Shown here: one piece after another, positions 27,443-38,292 of the stretch
Layout: every line of letters begins with the position of its first letter
How positions within the stretch are numbered: the stretch's first letter is position 1
Source of the DNA: an uncultured Thermomicrobiales bacterium
GTDB lineage: Bacteria > Chloroflexota > Chloroflexia > Thermomicrobiales > UBA6265
DNA: 64,000 nucleotides
Direction of reading: 5' to 3'
NCBI GenBank assembly: GCA_902806345.1
Contig: CADCWF010000204.1
Span: forward strand, 6,234-70,233
Notes under the pieces: model-generated
What the model saw: the letters and a program-made list of their open reading frames with translations, nothing else
What the model was told of the DNA's origin: nothing
Database searches by the model: none
Translations under genes and position numbers: made by a program

Positions 27443-27538
27443 CTGGATTTGGCGGCTCGTTCCTGGGCCGGCATGACGGAGCGCCGGGACTGGGGCCGCA
27501 GCCGGAGTTGGCCAGTGGAGACCGATCGTGAGGCGTCG

Positions 27539-28081
27539 ATGCCGAGCCCGGGGCGGGCGGGCGAGGCCGAGTACGAGGCCTTGCGCAACGAGATCGTCGG
27601 GCGCAACGAATTCCGCCACCGGATGGTGGAGTTGACCCTTGTTTCGGCGGGGGTGATCCTCTCTGCCGGTCTCTCGATCGACGATCTTGCCCAGGTGATG
27701 TTCGTCTACCCGGTGGTCGTTTTTTTCCTGGCGGCGAGTTGGGCCCACCACGGGGTCGGCGTTCTGCTCGCCGGTGACTACCTCCGTACCGCGTTCGAGG
27801 ATCGTTCGGGTGGGCCGGGTTGGGAGAGCAGTTGGCGCCGCCACCGCCTCGCGCGCCCGTTCTCGCTGCTCGCGGTCGTCTCCTCGAGCGGCGTCTTCCT
27901 CACCGTCCAGATCCTGACCTGGGGGATTGGGGTGACCCGGTTCCGGTACCGGCCGAGCGACTGGGTGCTCGCCGCGCTCGGAGCCGCGGCGATCGTCGCG
28001 ACGGTCCTGCTGATGCGGTTCTACGCCGGGTTGCAGGTCTCGATGGGAGAACGCAACGGACCGGCCGCCGACCAGGGGTGA
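27539..28081 (+). CDS. Hypothetical membrane protein (4 TM)
   Basis: ATG at 27539 preceded by GTGAGG. An N-terminal amphipathic segment (EAEYEALRNEIVGRNEFRH) is followed by four hydrophobic helices. Confidence 0.55.
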   Translation: MPSPGRAGEAEYEALRNEIVGRNEFRHRMVELTLVSAGVILSAGLSIDDLAQVMFVYPVVVFFLAASWAHHGVGVLLAGDYLRTAFEDRSGGPGWESSWRRHRLARPFSLLAVVSSSGVFLTVQILTWGIGVTRFRYRPSDWVLAALGAAAIVATVLLMRFYAGLQVSMGERNGPAADQG

Positions 28082-28371
28082 TCGACCGCGCCCGGCGCGA
28101 CCCCCACGAGGCGAGCGGGTCTCGGCGGCGGCTCCGACTCTTGTCCCGCGCCTCTCTGCCACGGCGACCCTCGGGCACCTGCTCCTCGAGGTCTGGACGG
28201 GCGGTCGGGCGGTGCTGCACACCGGGGTCGGTGGCGGGGCGGTATCGGCGACGAGCGTGCGCCGGGAGCACGCCACCTCTTGCCTGTTGCACCGCGACGC
28301 CGTAAGCTCCTTACCGTCGACCCATTCATCCGGGCATCGAGTCTGTGGCGTTGCGCCGAGGAGACGCGGTG

Positions 28372-29280
28372 ATGAAGCGCATCCTGCCCCTGCTGTTCGT
28401 CCTCTTGCTTGCCGCCGTTCCGGCCATCGGGGCGGCTGCCCAGGATGCCCCGGCCGACGAGCTGCGGGAGGTCGCGGAGGACACCTACGCGTTCGTCAGT
28501 GGCGGCTACGTGTCGTTCTTCGTCGTCACGGACGCCGGGGTGATCGCGACCGACCCCAGCAGCCAGAACGGCCCCGAGCGGGCCGAGGCGTACGCGGCGG
28601 CGATCGCCTCGGTGACCGAGCAGCCAGTCCGCTACCTGATCTACTCCCACGAGCACGCCGACCACGCGATCGGCGGCAATGTCTTCGCCGAAACCGCCAC
28701 CTTCGTCTCCCACCGCAACGCCGTCCAGCCGATTGCCGACCTTGAAGAGCCGCGGGCGCCGGTGCCGACGATCTCCTTCAGCGACGAGATGGCGATCGAA
28801 CTCGGCGGGACGACCGTCGAGCTGTACTACGCAGGACGCAACCACTCGGACAGCAGCATCGTTCTGCTCCACCCGGCCCAGGGGGTTGCCTTCGCGGTCG
28901 ATTTCATCCCAGTCGATTCGCTCCCATTCCAGAACCTGCCGGACGCCTACCCAGAGGAGTGGATCGAGTCGTTGCGGTGGGTCGACAGGAACCTCGACTT
29001 CGACAGGCTGGTGATCGGCCACCCGCCGGTCGTGGGGTCGAAGGAGAACGTGGCCGAGGTGCGGGCCTACCTCGAAGACCTGTCGACCGCGGTCCGGGCC
29101 GCGCAGGCGGCGGGCGCGGCCGACAACTCGCCCGAGATGGTCGACACGGTCCGCGCCGAGTTGACGGCCGACTACGGGGAGTGGACCAACTTCGACGAGT
29201 GGCTGCCCTTAAACATCGAAGGACTCCTCGCGGCCCGGGCCGCCGAGGACGCGGCAGCCGTCGCCACCCCGACTGCGTAG
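28372..29280 (+). CDS. Secreted MBL-fold metallo-hydrolase
   Basis: Signal peptide MKRILPLLFVLLLAAVPAIGAAAQ and the metallo-beta-lactamase motif SHEHADH. GAGGAG lies 8 nt upstream of the ATG. Confidence 0.8.
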   Translation: MKRILPLLFVLLLAAVPAIGAAAQDAPADELREVAEDTYAFVSGGYVSFFVVTDAGVIATDPSSQNGPERAEAYAAAIASVTEQPVRYLIYSHEHADHAIGGNVFAETATFVSHRNAVQPIADLEEPRAPVPTISFSDEMAIELGGTTVELYYAGRNHSDSSIVLLHPAQGVAFAVDFIPVDSLPFQNLPDAYPEEWIESLRWVDRNLDFDRLVIGHPPVVGSKENVAEVRAYLEDLSTAVRAAQAAGAADNSPEMVDTVRAELTADYGEWTNFDEWLPLNIEGLLAARAAEDAAAVATPTA

Positions 29281-29318
29281 CGACGAGTTCATCGGGCGTC
29301 GAGCGGCGCCCCCGGTGA

Positions 29319-31436
<2,118 letters not shown>

Positions 31437-31573
31437 GATCCGTCGCCCCGTTGTCGCCGCCACCGCCACCGTCACCCCGACCTTCCCCCCTGCCGCTTCG
31501 CCGATCTTCGGTCGCCCCCCCGATGGTGCAACGCTATAGCAAGAAGGAGGCCGATCCGGTGGCGCCCGCTCCG

Positions 31574-33103
31574 CTACGCCCGCCCCGCGTCGTTCGCGCC
31601 GCGCTCCTGCCGCTCCGGACCGGGTTCTACCGGACCGGGTTCGGCATGCACCACCACGTGCCAAAGCGCGGGGATGGACTGCTGGAGCGCCCGCTCGATC
31701 AGCTCGGTGCGGCGGTGGACCTCGTCGATCGGCGACGCCGGTGGGAAGTCGCAGTGGAGCACCGCCTCCAGCCCCGGCCCATCCGACCGGTACAGGCGGA
31801 CCTCGTGGCAGCGGGCGCCGCCATCCGCCTCCGCCGCGATCACCCGTGCTGCCTCAACGGTGACGCCCTCCGCCCGGGTGACCTCGCGGCGGCGGTCGGG
31901 GTTGGCCGTGGCCTCCTCGAGGTGGGTGTTGACCCGCCGCAGAGCCGGGTTGTCGCCGCGGAGGGCGGCCCCGAGGCGGTGCGCCCGGGCGTGTGCCTCG
32001 CCGAGGGAGAGGGCCGGGGGGACCTCGAGGTGGAGGGAGACCTCGAGGTGGTCGGCGACGCGGTGGACCCGCTCGTCGTGGGTGCGCTCGTTCAGCGCGA
32101 GGGCGACCGCCCGCACCCGCTCCGCCGCCGTCTCCAGGTCCGAGGCGGTGGGCTCGACGTGGACGATCGCCTCGACCCGTGGTTCGGCCGCGCGGAGTGC
32201 GGCTTCGACCCGCTCCGAGATCGTGTGTGCCTCGGCCAGGCTCGTCGTTCGGGGCACGGCCACGGTGACGTCCGCGAACAGGCGTTCGCCCGATTCCCGG
32301 AGCCGGACCGCCTCCGCCGCGAGTACCCCCGGCACCGCCTCGGCCGCGTCCCACAGTTGGGTCCGAACCCGCGGCGACGCCCGGTCGAGGAGGACGCCCA
32401 CCCCTTGCAGGGCGAGGCGAGCGCTCATCGCCACGATCACCACGGCGACGACGAACCCGGCCGCGGCATCCGCCCGAGCGTAGGCGGCCTCCTGGTCGGT
32501 GCGCTCGCCGTAGACAGTCAGGGCCAGGCCGGCGATGACGACGGCGGAGCTGAACATGTCGGCCCGGAAGTTGAGGGCGTCGGCTTCCATCGCTCGGCTG
32601 TGGAAGCGGGCGGCAGCCCGCGCCAGCATTCGCGACCGCCAGGCGTCGACGACGATGCTGATCCCCATCACGGCGAAGGCCCACGGCGAGACCGCGATCT
32701 CGGCCTCGACGACGAACAGCCGCCGCAGCGCCTCGTAGGCGATGGCGCCGGCGGTCGTGAACAGCAGCGACGCCTGGATCACCGCCGCCAGGTTCTCGAC
32801 CCGGCCGTGGCCGTAGTGGTGGTCGGCGTCGGCGGGCCGTCCGGCGATCCGGACGGACAGGAAGGTGATCACCGAGGCCACCAGGTCGAGTCCAGAGTGG
32901 GCCGCCTCCGAGAGCAGGCCGAGGCTGCCGCTCGCCAGGCCGACCCCCAGCTTGAGGATCACCAGGACCACGGCGGCGGCGACGGAGGCCAGGGTGACGC
33001 GGTCCTTTTGGCGGCGGATGTCGGTGTCGTCATCCGCCGTGGCGTGGTCCGCGTTGTCCGGCCGCCCTCGATCTTCCACGCCGATTGCCTCGGAACGCGC
33101 CAC
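31574..33103 (-). CDS. Cation diffusion facilitator (CDF) transporter with three tandem C-terminal cytoplasmic domains
   Basis: The TM domain has [10 protein letters not shown] and HHYGHGR. After LLDRASP come three successive 75-aa units, each ending in H.EP or H.EE. The start codon is GTG. Confidence 0.8.
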   Translation of the reverse strand: MARSEAIGVEDRGRPDNADHATADDDTDIRRQKDRVTLASVAAAVVLVILKLGVGLASGSLGLLSEAAHSGLDLVASVITFLSVRIAGRPADADHHYGHGRVENLAAVIQASLLFTTAGAIAYEALRRLFVVEAEIAVSPWAFAVMGISIVVDAWRSRMLARAAARFHSRAMEADALNFRADMFSSAVVIAGLALTVYGERTDQEAAYARADAAAGFVVAVVIVAMSARLALQGVGVLLDRASPRVRTQLWDAAEAVPGVLAAEAVRLRESGERLFADVTVAVPRTTSLAEAHTISERVEAALRAAEPRVEAIVHVEPTASDLETAAERVRAVALALNERTHDERVHRVADHLEVSLHLEVPPALSLGEAHARAHRLGAALRGDNPALRRVNTHLEEATANPDRRREVTRAEGVTVEAARVIAAEADGGARCHEVRLYRSDGPGLEAVLHCDFPPASPIDEVHRRTELIERALQQSIPALWHVVVHAEPGPVEPGPERQERGANDAGRA

Positions 33104-33470
33104 GACCTCGGGGCACCGACCGTCTGTGATCGGTGGCCGACCACGCCGACCAACGTTTTGGGGCAGGCCCCGACACCGCGGGCCGCGGCGGGCGAGGGTC
33201 CGATAGTAGCCGTTCCCCGCCGCGGCTCACCAGTCCGCCGGCGCAGCCGGTTTCCCGTGCGGCGGGAGTCTGCGAGCGGCCGGACCGCCGGCGCCCTCGT
33301 CCGGATCGGGTTGAGGCTGATGGCGTGTTGTCCCAGATGCGGACATTCCAACCCGTGGCGCACTAGGAGCGTCGGACGAAGGGACTGCCGGCCTGGGCGA
33401 CGAGCCGGGACGTCGAAGAGTAGGGGACGGGCCCATTGGTTCGCCCCCGTTCCGTTCCGGCAGCCAGGTC

Positions 33471-33950
33471 CTACCGCAGTGCCCGGTCGAGCGTCTCCTT
33501 CAGCTCCTCCGACAGGGTCGTTTGGTAGACGCGGCCCTCGTAGGGCTCCAAGGCGGCCCGGAGAGCGGCGGCGTCGCTCGCGGGGATCATCAGGAAGAGG
33601 GCCGATGTGCCGGGTTTGAGGGCATCGGCGACGTCCTTGACGAACCCGTCGTCGACGGCGTCGCCGGCGACCTTGCCCCCGATGTAGGCGCCGGCGGCGG
33701 CCCCGACGACGGCCCCCGCGACCGGGAAGAGGAACGAAGTCAGGAGGCCGATCGCGGCACCGACGACGGCGCCGGTCTCGGTGCCGGAGCTGACCTCGTT
33801 CTTGACATGGAGGGTACCGTCTGGGTCCTTGGCGACAACCGCCGAGTCGGAGAGCTTGAGGGCACCCTCGCCTTCCAGGACCCGCATCTCGGCGAGGGCC
33901 GCGCGGGCATCGTCCTCCCGGTCGAACGCGATCGCGACCAGCTCGCTCAT
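33471..33950 (-). CDS. DUF1269-type membrane protein
   Basis: MSELVAIAFD.EDDARAAL..MR.LE.EG.L.L.D.AVV.KD.DG followed by a Gly-rich TM pair. GAGGAGGG lies upstream of the ATG at 33950. Confidence 0.7.
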   Translation of the reverse strand: MSELVAIAFDREDDARAALAEMRVLEGEGALKLSDSAVVAKDPDGTLHVKNEVSSGTETGAVVGAAIGLLTSFLFPVAGAVVGAAAGAYIGGKVAGDAVDDGFVKDVADALKPGTSALFLMIPASDAAALRAALEPYEGRVYQTTLSEELKETLDRALR

Positions 33951-34155
33951 CGGTCCCTCCTCGTGGTGGATTGATCTCGGCAGGCACGGTCTCGAACCGG
34001 GGACCATGAAGGCGGCACATCTTCTCACCGAGGCCAGCCCGCCGCAACCGGGATTGCGCCCTGCGCTCTCGGCACGGGCCTTGCACCGCCCACCACGCGG
34101 GGACGAACGGCGGTGGGTCGATTGTCACCCCGGTTCACGGATGGAGGAGCGAACG

Positions 34156-34398
34156 ATGTCCGACGACACCAAGAAGCAGTCCGAGAACTTGACCGGAGTC
34201 AGCAACATCGCCTACGACCTGATGATCGTGCTCTCCAACAAGCTCGAGGGCATCGCCGCCATCGAGGAGTACCGGCAGGACGCCGCCGATACCGGGGACA
34301 CCGACTGCGCGGCCCTGTTCGAGCGGATCCAGCGGCAGGACCGCGAATCGATCGACGAGCTGCGGAGCCACCTCCTCCGGCACCTCCAAGGAAGCTAG
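34156..34398 (+). CDS. Small acidic helical protein (80 aa), hypothetical
   Basis: ATG at 34156, 6 nt after GGAGGAG. No family was recognised with confidence. Confidence 0.5.
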   Translation: MSDDTKKQSENLTGVSNIAYDLMIVLSNKLEGIAAIEEYRQDAADTGDTDCAALFERIQRQDRESIDELRSHLLRHLQGS

Positions 34399-34538
34399 GC
34401 TCGGCAGACGCGGGGGGCGAGACGGTGCGGCGCCGGAACAGCGATTGGGGTACCGTACCAACGGGCCCGCGTTGAGGGCTGTCCAAGTAGGCGCCGGGGC
34501 TTCATGCCCTTGCGCCTCGACAGGAGCAGGAGGTCCCG

Positions 34539-35330
34539 ATGCGGAAGAGACTCGTCGCGCTGCTGGCGTTCGTCACCGCGGTGGCAGGGATGCCCACCTT
34601 CGTCGCCGCCCAGGAGGCGACGCCGACCCCGCTTGCGGCGGTGGAGCGGACGGATATCCGCTTCTTCGTGCCCTACGGCCCGGAGGGACTCAACCCGACG
34701 CTGACCGTAACCGAGGAGATTTCCGGGTCGTGCTCGGAGAGCTCGCTCGCAAACATCGGCCGCCCGGATGCCTGGTTCTGCAACGAGGCGGAGACCGGGG
34801 CGATCCACGATCCCTGCTTCGAGAACCCGTTCGGCCCGGTCGAGGGGCCCGTGACGCTCGCCTGCGTCGCCTCCCCGTTTGCCGGTGAGGTGATCCTTCT
34901 GACGACGACGGAGTCGCTGCAGCGGGAAAAGGATCTCCAGCCGCCCGCCGGAGCCGCGGTGCCGCCCGATACCGCAGCACCGGCCGGCGCGCCTGGTGAC
35001 ACCGGAAGTCCCGATATCGTGCCGGGCCAGGTCCCGGTTGCGCTGCCGCCTATGGCGACGATCGACCCCTCCGGCGGCGCCGTTTCGGCCGAGGTCGCGA
35101 TCGACCCGCTCTCGATCCCGTGGGCGATCGAGCTGACCAACGGGGACCGCTGCGGCCTGATGACGGGCGCGACGGCGGTCGTCGCCGGGATGCGGATCAA
35201 CTACGGCTGCGAGGGCGGCGGCTCGATCGTCGGCGAACTCGATCGCTTCGGCGCGGTCTGGACCGCTAACTACTACGACGAGCAGTCGGTCGGCACCGAG
35301 ACCGTCGCCGTCGCGACCGTCTGGACGTAG
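34539..35330 (+). CDS. Secreted hypothetical protein (Sec signal, 7 Cys)
   Basis: Signal peptide MRKRLVALLAFVTAVAGMPTFVAAQEA. The gene lies 27 nt upstream of Cys-rich gene 2. Confidence 0.65.
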   Translation: MRKRLVALLAFVTAVAGMPTFVAAQEATPTPLAAVERTDIRFFVPYGPEGLNPTLTVTEEISGSCSESSLANIGRPDAWFCNEAETGAIHDPCFENPFGPVEGPVTLACVASPFAGEVILLTTTESLQREKDLQPPAGAAVPPDTAAPAGAPGDTGSPDIVPGQVPVALPPMATIDPSGGAVSAEVAIDPLSIPWAIELTNGDRCGLMTGATAVVAGMRINYGCEGGGSIVGELDRFGAVWTANYYDEQSVGTETVAVATVWT

Positions 35331-35356
35331 CACAGCGCGCGGCTGGAGGGATCGCC

Positions 35357-35725
35357 ATGGACGACGCACGGTTCGACCGGATCGCGAAGGGGATCGCCGC
35401 CAGACGCTCCCGGCGGGGTCTGCTGACGGCGGGGGTGGGGGTCATTGCTGCCCTTGCCGGAGGGGCGCGGGCCGCGACCGCGGCGCCCTACTCGGTACCG
35501 CTCGGCGGGGTCTGCTATCGGGACCGCCAGTGCATCCCCTCGACTCCGTACGACTCACCGAACGACATCACCTACTGCTCCGACAACGGGCAGTACTGGG
35601 ACGGTGACTACAACTGCTGCCGCTACAGCGGCGGGCGTTGCCAGTACGACGGCGACTGCTGCGGCTACCTGATCTGCGCCGACGGCTTCTGCTACGACAT
35701 CTACGGCGGGCCGTACTACGGGTAG
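35357..35725 (+). CDS. Small secreted cysteine-rich protein with an FDRIA...RRSRR Tat-like leader
   Basis: Leader MDDARFDRIAKGIAARRSRRGLLTAGVGVIAALAGGARA. The mature part of about 80 aa has 10 Cys and ends with RCQYDGDCCGYLICADGFCY (C-x5-CC-x4-C-x4-C). Confidence 0.75.
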   Translation: MDDARFDRIAKGIAARRSRRGLLTAGVGVIAALAGGARAATAAPYSVPLGGVCYRDRQCIPSTPYDSPNDITYCSDNGQYWDGDYNCCRYSGGRCQYDGDCCGYLICADGFCYDIYGGPYYG

Positions 35726-35763
35726 TTCGAGGCGTTGACGCGCATCCTTTCTGGAGACACCGG

Positions 35764-35788
35764 CGGCCGCCCCGCTCTGGGGCGGCCG
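35764..35788 (+). terminator. Intrinsic-terminator-like hairpin after Cys-rich gene 2
   Basis: c-ggccgcccc-gctct-ggggcggcc-g followed by tgattcgg. Confidence 0.55.
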
Positions 35789-35834
35789 TGATTCGGATGC
35801 GTTTCGTTGCCGTCCGGCAAGGAGCTCCCTGGAC

Positions 35835-37652
35835 GTGTCTTCCACCCCACCGTCGCCGGCGATCACCCTCCCCGGCGAGCCAGCGGTCACCGTCGAGATC
35901 GACGTGCCATGCCCGATGCGAGACGGTGTCGTCCTCCGGGCGGATGTCTACCGACCGGTGGGGGACGAAGGGACGTGGCCGGTCCTCCTGATGCGGCTGC
36001 CCTATGACAAGACCCAGGCGGAAGATGTCGCCTACGCCCACCCCGCCTGGTACGCCGGCCACGGCTACCTGGTCGTCGTCCAGGACTGTCGCGGCCGGTG
36101 GGCCTCCGACGGCGGGTGGGAGCCCTTCCGCGACGAGGCGGCGGACGGCGAGGACACCATCGCCTGGGCGGCGGCCCTGCCCGGCAGCAACGGCAAGGTC
36201 GGCATGTGGGGTTTTTCCTACGCCGGCGCCACCCAACTGCTGCCCGCCACCCGACGGCCGCCGGCGCTGGCCGCGATCTGCCCGGCGATGACCGCCTCGA
36301 GCTACGACGAGGGGTGGACCTTCACCGGCGGCGCCCTCAACCTTGCCTTCGTCGCCTCCTGGGCGACCGACCTCGCGGTCGGCGACGCGCGCAAGCGCGG
36401 TGACATCGCCGCGGTGGAACGGTTGGCGAAGGCACTGGGCGGCGCCCGTGGCTGGTTCCATTCCCTGCCGCTGGACACCTACCCGCCGCTCGACGCCGAC
36501 AACGGAGGCTACTACTTCGACTGGCTGGCCCATGCACCCGACGACGATTACTGGCGCCGATGGTCCATCGGTGCCGACTATGGCCGGATCGCCACCCCGG
36601 CGCTCCACGTCGGCGGCTGGTATGACATCTTTCTTGAGGGCACCGTCCGCAACTTCGTCGGTCTCCGCCGAGGGGCGGCGACCGAGGCGGCGCGGGCCGC
36701 CCAGAAGCTGCTGATCGGCCCCTGGCACCACATGCCCTGGGTGCCGCACCCCGGCACCGTCCCAGCCGGTGGCGCCCCGGCCGACCACGGCGTCGTCGAT
36801 GCCCGCCAGGTCGCCTGGTTCGACCTCCATCTCAAGGGCCAGCCGACCGACCTTCTCGACGCGCCGGTGACCGTCTACGTGATGGGCGACGGCCGCTGGC
36901 GCGACTTCGCCGACTGGCCGCCGCCGGAGGCGACGCCGACGCCCTTCTACCTGCACAGCAACGGCCGCGCCAACTCCGCCTTCGGCGACGGTCGCCTCGA
37001 CGCCGCTCCGCCCGCCGCCGAACCGGCCGACCGCTTCACCTACGACCCGCTCGCCCCGGTCGCCAGCCTCGGCGGCCAGTCGTGCTGCTACCCGGAGATC
37101 TCGCCGATGGGACCGGTCGACCAAGGGGCGGCCGAGCAGTGGAACAGCGTCCTCGTCTACACCTCCGACCCGCTGGAGCGCGACCTGCTGCTCGTCGGTG
37201 ACGCCGCGGTGACGCTCTTCTCCGCCTCGTCGGCCCGCGACACCGACTGGACGGCCCGCCTCTGCACCGTCGACCCGGCGGGACGCTCGGTGAACCTCAA
37301 GGCCGGCATCGTCCGCGCCCGCTTCCGCGACGGGACCGCCGCGCCATCCCTCATCGAGCCGCACCGCGTCTACGAGTACGCGATTTCGCTCGGCCCGATC
37401 GGCGTCCGCGTCCCCGCCGGCCACTCGATCCGCCTCTCCGTCTCCAGCAGCGACTTCCCGCACTGGGACCGCAATCTGAATTCCGGAGGGCCGCTCTTTG
37501 CCGAGGGCATCGGGGAGGCGGTAGTGGCCACCCAGACGGTGCTGCACGACGCCGCCCGACCCTCCCGGTTGGTGCTGCCGGTAATCGAGGAGGACGCGGA
37601 GTTGGGCGCTCCAAACGCAGTCGGTAACGAAGCCAATGCGTCGTTGCCCTGA
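35835..37652 (+). CDS. CocE/NonD family hydrolase (X-Pro dipeptidyl-peptidase S15 fold)
   Basis: MRDGVVLRADVYRP, PVLLMRLPY, GYLVVVQDCRG, GMWGFSYAG (nucleophile elbow) and a C-terminal beta-sandwich with HWDRN. Confidence 0.85.
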   Translation: MSSTPPSPAITLPGEPAVTVEIDVPCPMRDGVVLRADVYRPVGDEGTWPVLLMRLPYDKTQAEDVAYAHPAWYAGHGYLVVVQDCRGRWASDGGWEPFRDEAADGEDTIAWAAALPGSNGKVGMWGFSYAGATQLLPATRRPPALAAICPAMTASSYDEGWTFTGGALNLAFVASWATDLAVGDARKRGDIAAVERLAKALGGARGWFHSLPLDTYPPLDADNGGYYFDWLAHAPDDDYWRRWSIGADYGRIATPALHVGGWYDIFLEGTVRNFVGLRRGAATEAARAAQKLLIGPWHHMPWVPHPGTVPAGGAPADHGVVDARQVAWFDLHLKGQPTDLLDAPVTVYVMGDGRWRDFADWPPPEATPTPFYLHSNGRANSAFGDGRLDAAPPAAEPADRFTYDPLAPVASLGGQSCCYPEISPMGPVDQGAAEQWNSVLVYTSDPLERDLLLVGDAAVTLFSASSARDTDWTARLCTVDPAGRSVNLKAGIVRARFRDGTAAPSLIEPHRVYEYAISLGPIGVRVPAGHSIRLSVSSSDFPHWDRNLNSGGPLFAEGIGEAVVATQTVLHDAARPSRLVLPVIEEDAELGAPNAVGNEANASLP

Positions 37653-37659
37653 GTCCTGC

Positions 37660-38100
37660 GTCCACCCTCGTTCGTCGAGTACCGACCGGCGGCTTCGCCG
37701 CCGAGCCCGGCCACCATAAATGACCGGACTGAAAGCACCAAATGGTCGGGGAGAGTGTCCCTTCGACTTCATGAAAATCTCGACCCACGTCGAGGACGGA
37801 TGCGTCGGTGGGCGAGGTCATCTCGAAGTAGAACGCCAGCTCATGGAAGTTCCGCTACTCGTACGCGAAGAAGATCTCGACCACCTACATCAAGCGACCG
37901 ACCTCAACTGACAGCCCGATCTCCTTTTGCATCGCCCGAGCAAGCGCGGCAGCCGATGCTTCGCCCAGCTCGGGGCGCCCACCGGGGAGGTTCCAGAAGT
38001 CTTCGGACTCCGCTCGATGGAGGAGGACGTGCCCGTCGTGGGCGCAAATGTCGGCCACCCGGTAGTTGAAAAGCCCTTGCCCGGTGTCGAAGACGAGCAC
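37660..38100 (-). pseudogene. NUDIX hydrolase gene with two in-frame TAG stops. The 3' limit is approximate.
   Basis: The N-terminal part is intact (GGRPELGEASAAALARAMQKEIG, Nudix box). TAG at 37885-37887 and TAG at 37855-37857 interrupt the conserved ..VEVGRLM*VVEIFFAYE*RNFHELAFYFEM in a single frame. Local GC is depressed. Confidence 0.7.
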
Positions 38101-38189
38101 GACGTGGCCGCCTTCCCGCTTTGCCGGGCCTGCACCGTCGGTACCGGCACCGGTCCTCGCACGCCGTCAGATCGTATCCAACCCGGAAC

Positions 38190-38217
38190 TTGACAGCCCC
38201 CGCCCTCCGTGTAGCAT
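38190..38217 (+). promoter_or_regulatory. Putative sigma-70-type promoter (TTGACA - 16 nt - TAGCAT) for the ABC operon
   Basis: It lies 75 nt upstream of the ATG at 38293. Confidence 0.4.
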
Positions 38218-38292
38218 GCGCCTCGTTGCACCCCACCGTGAAGGACGCCCTCGCGGCGGCGCGCGGGCCGCGCATCCCCGGAGGTCCCCGCG

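Noticed and set aside
22387-27531. A 1714-aa plus-strand ORF, and similar giant ORFs at 7308..9830, 8839..10248, 30003..32483, 45093..47339, 35568..37772 and 52724..54139.
   Set aside because: - They lie antisense or out of frame to genes with unmistakable family motifs (treY/treZ, GH2, glgX, valS, CocE, uvrA).
- Their translations are Arg/Gly/Pro/Asp-rich low complexity and lack the GC3 bias of real genes.
- They are the expected stop-codon-poor artefacts of roughly 70% GC DNA.
27449-27538. A TTG at 27449, exactly where a transcript from the putative TGaTAGTAT promoter would start, which would suggest a leaderless mRNA.
   Set aside because: - Leaderless translation normally needs AUG.
- The first 30 codons of that ORF are not protein-like (MAARSWAGMTERRDWGRSRSW).
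- The ATG at 27539 has a Shine-Dalgarno-like GTGAGG.
33104-33470. The 366-nt leader of the CDF transporter, considered as a metal (NiCo/czcD or yybP-ykoY) riboswitch.
   Set aside because: I could not find the conserved cores of either class (for example GGGGAGUAG...UUGGCAAGAC for yybP-ykoY). The leader is left unannotated pending a cmsearch.
37855-37887. Two in-frame TAG codons as possible recoded (pyrrolysine or suppressed) codons.
   Set aside because: - No pyl genes or suppressor tRNA are visible.
- The gene also lacks a proper 3' end and sits in GC-depressed, decaying sequence.
- A pseudogene is the simpler reading.
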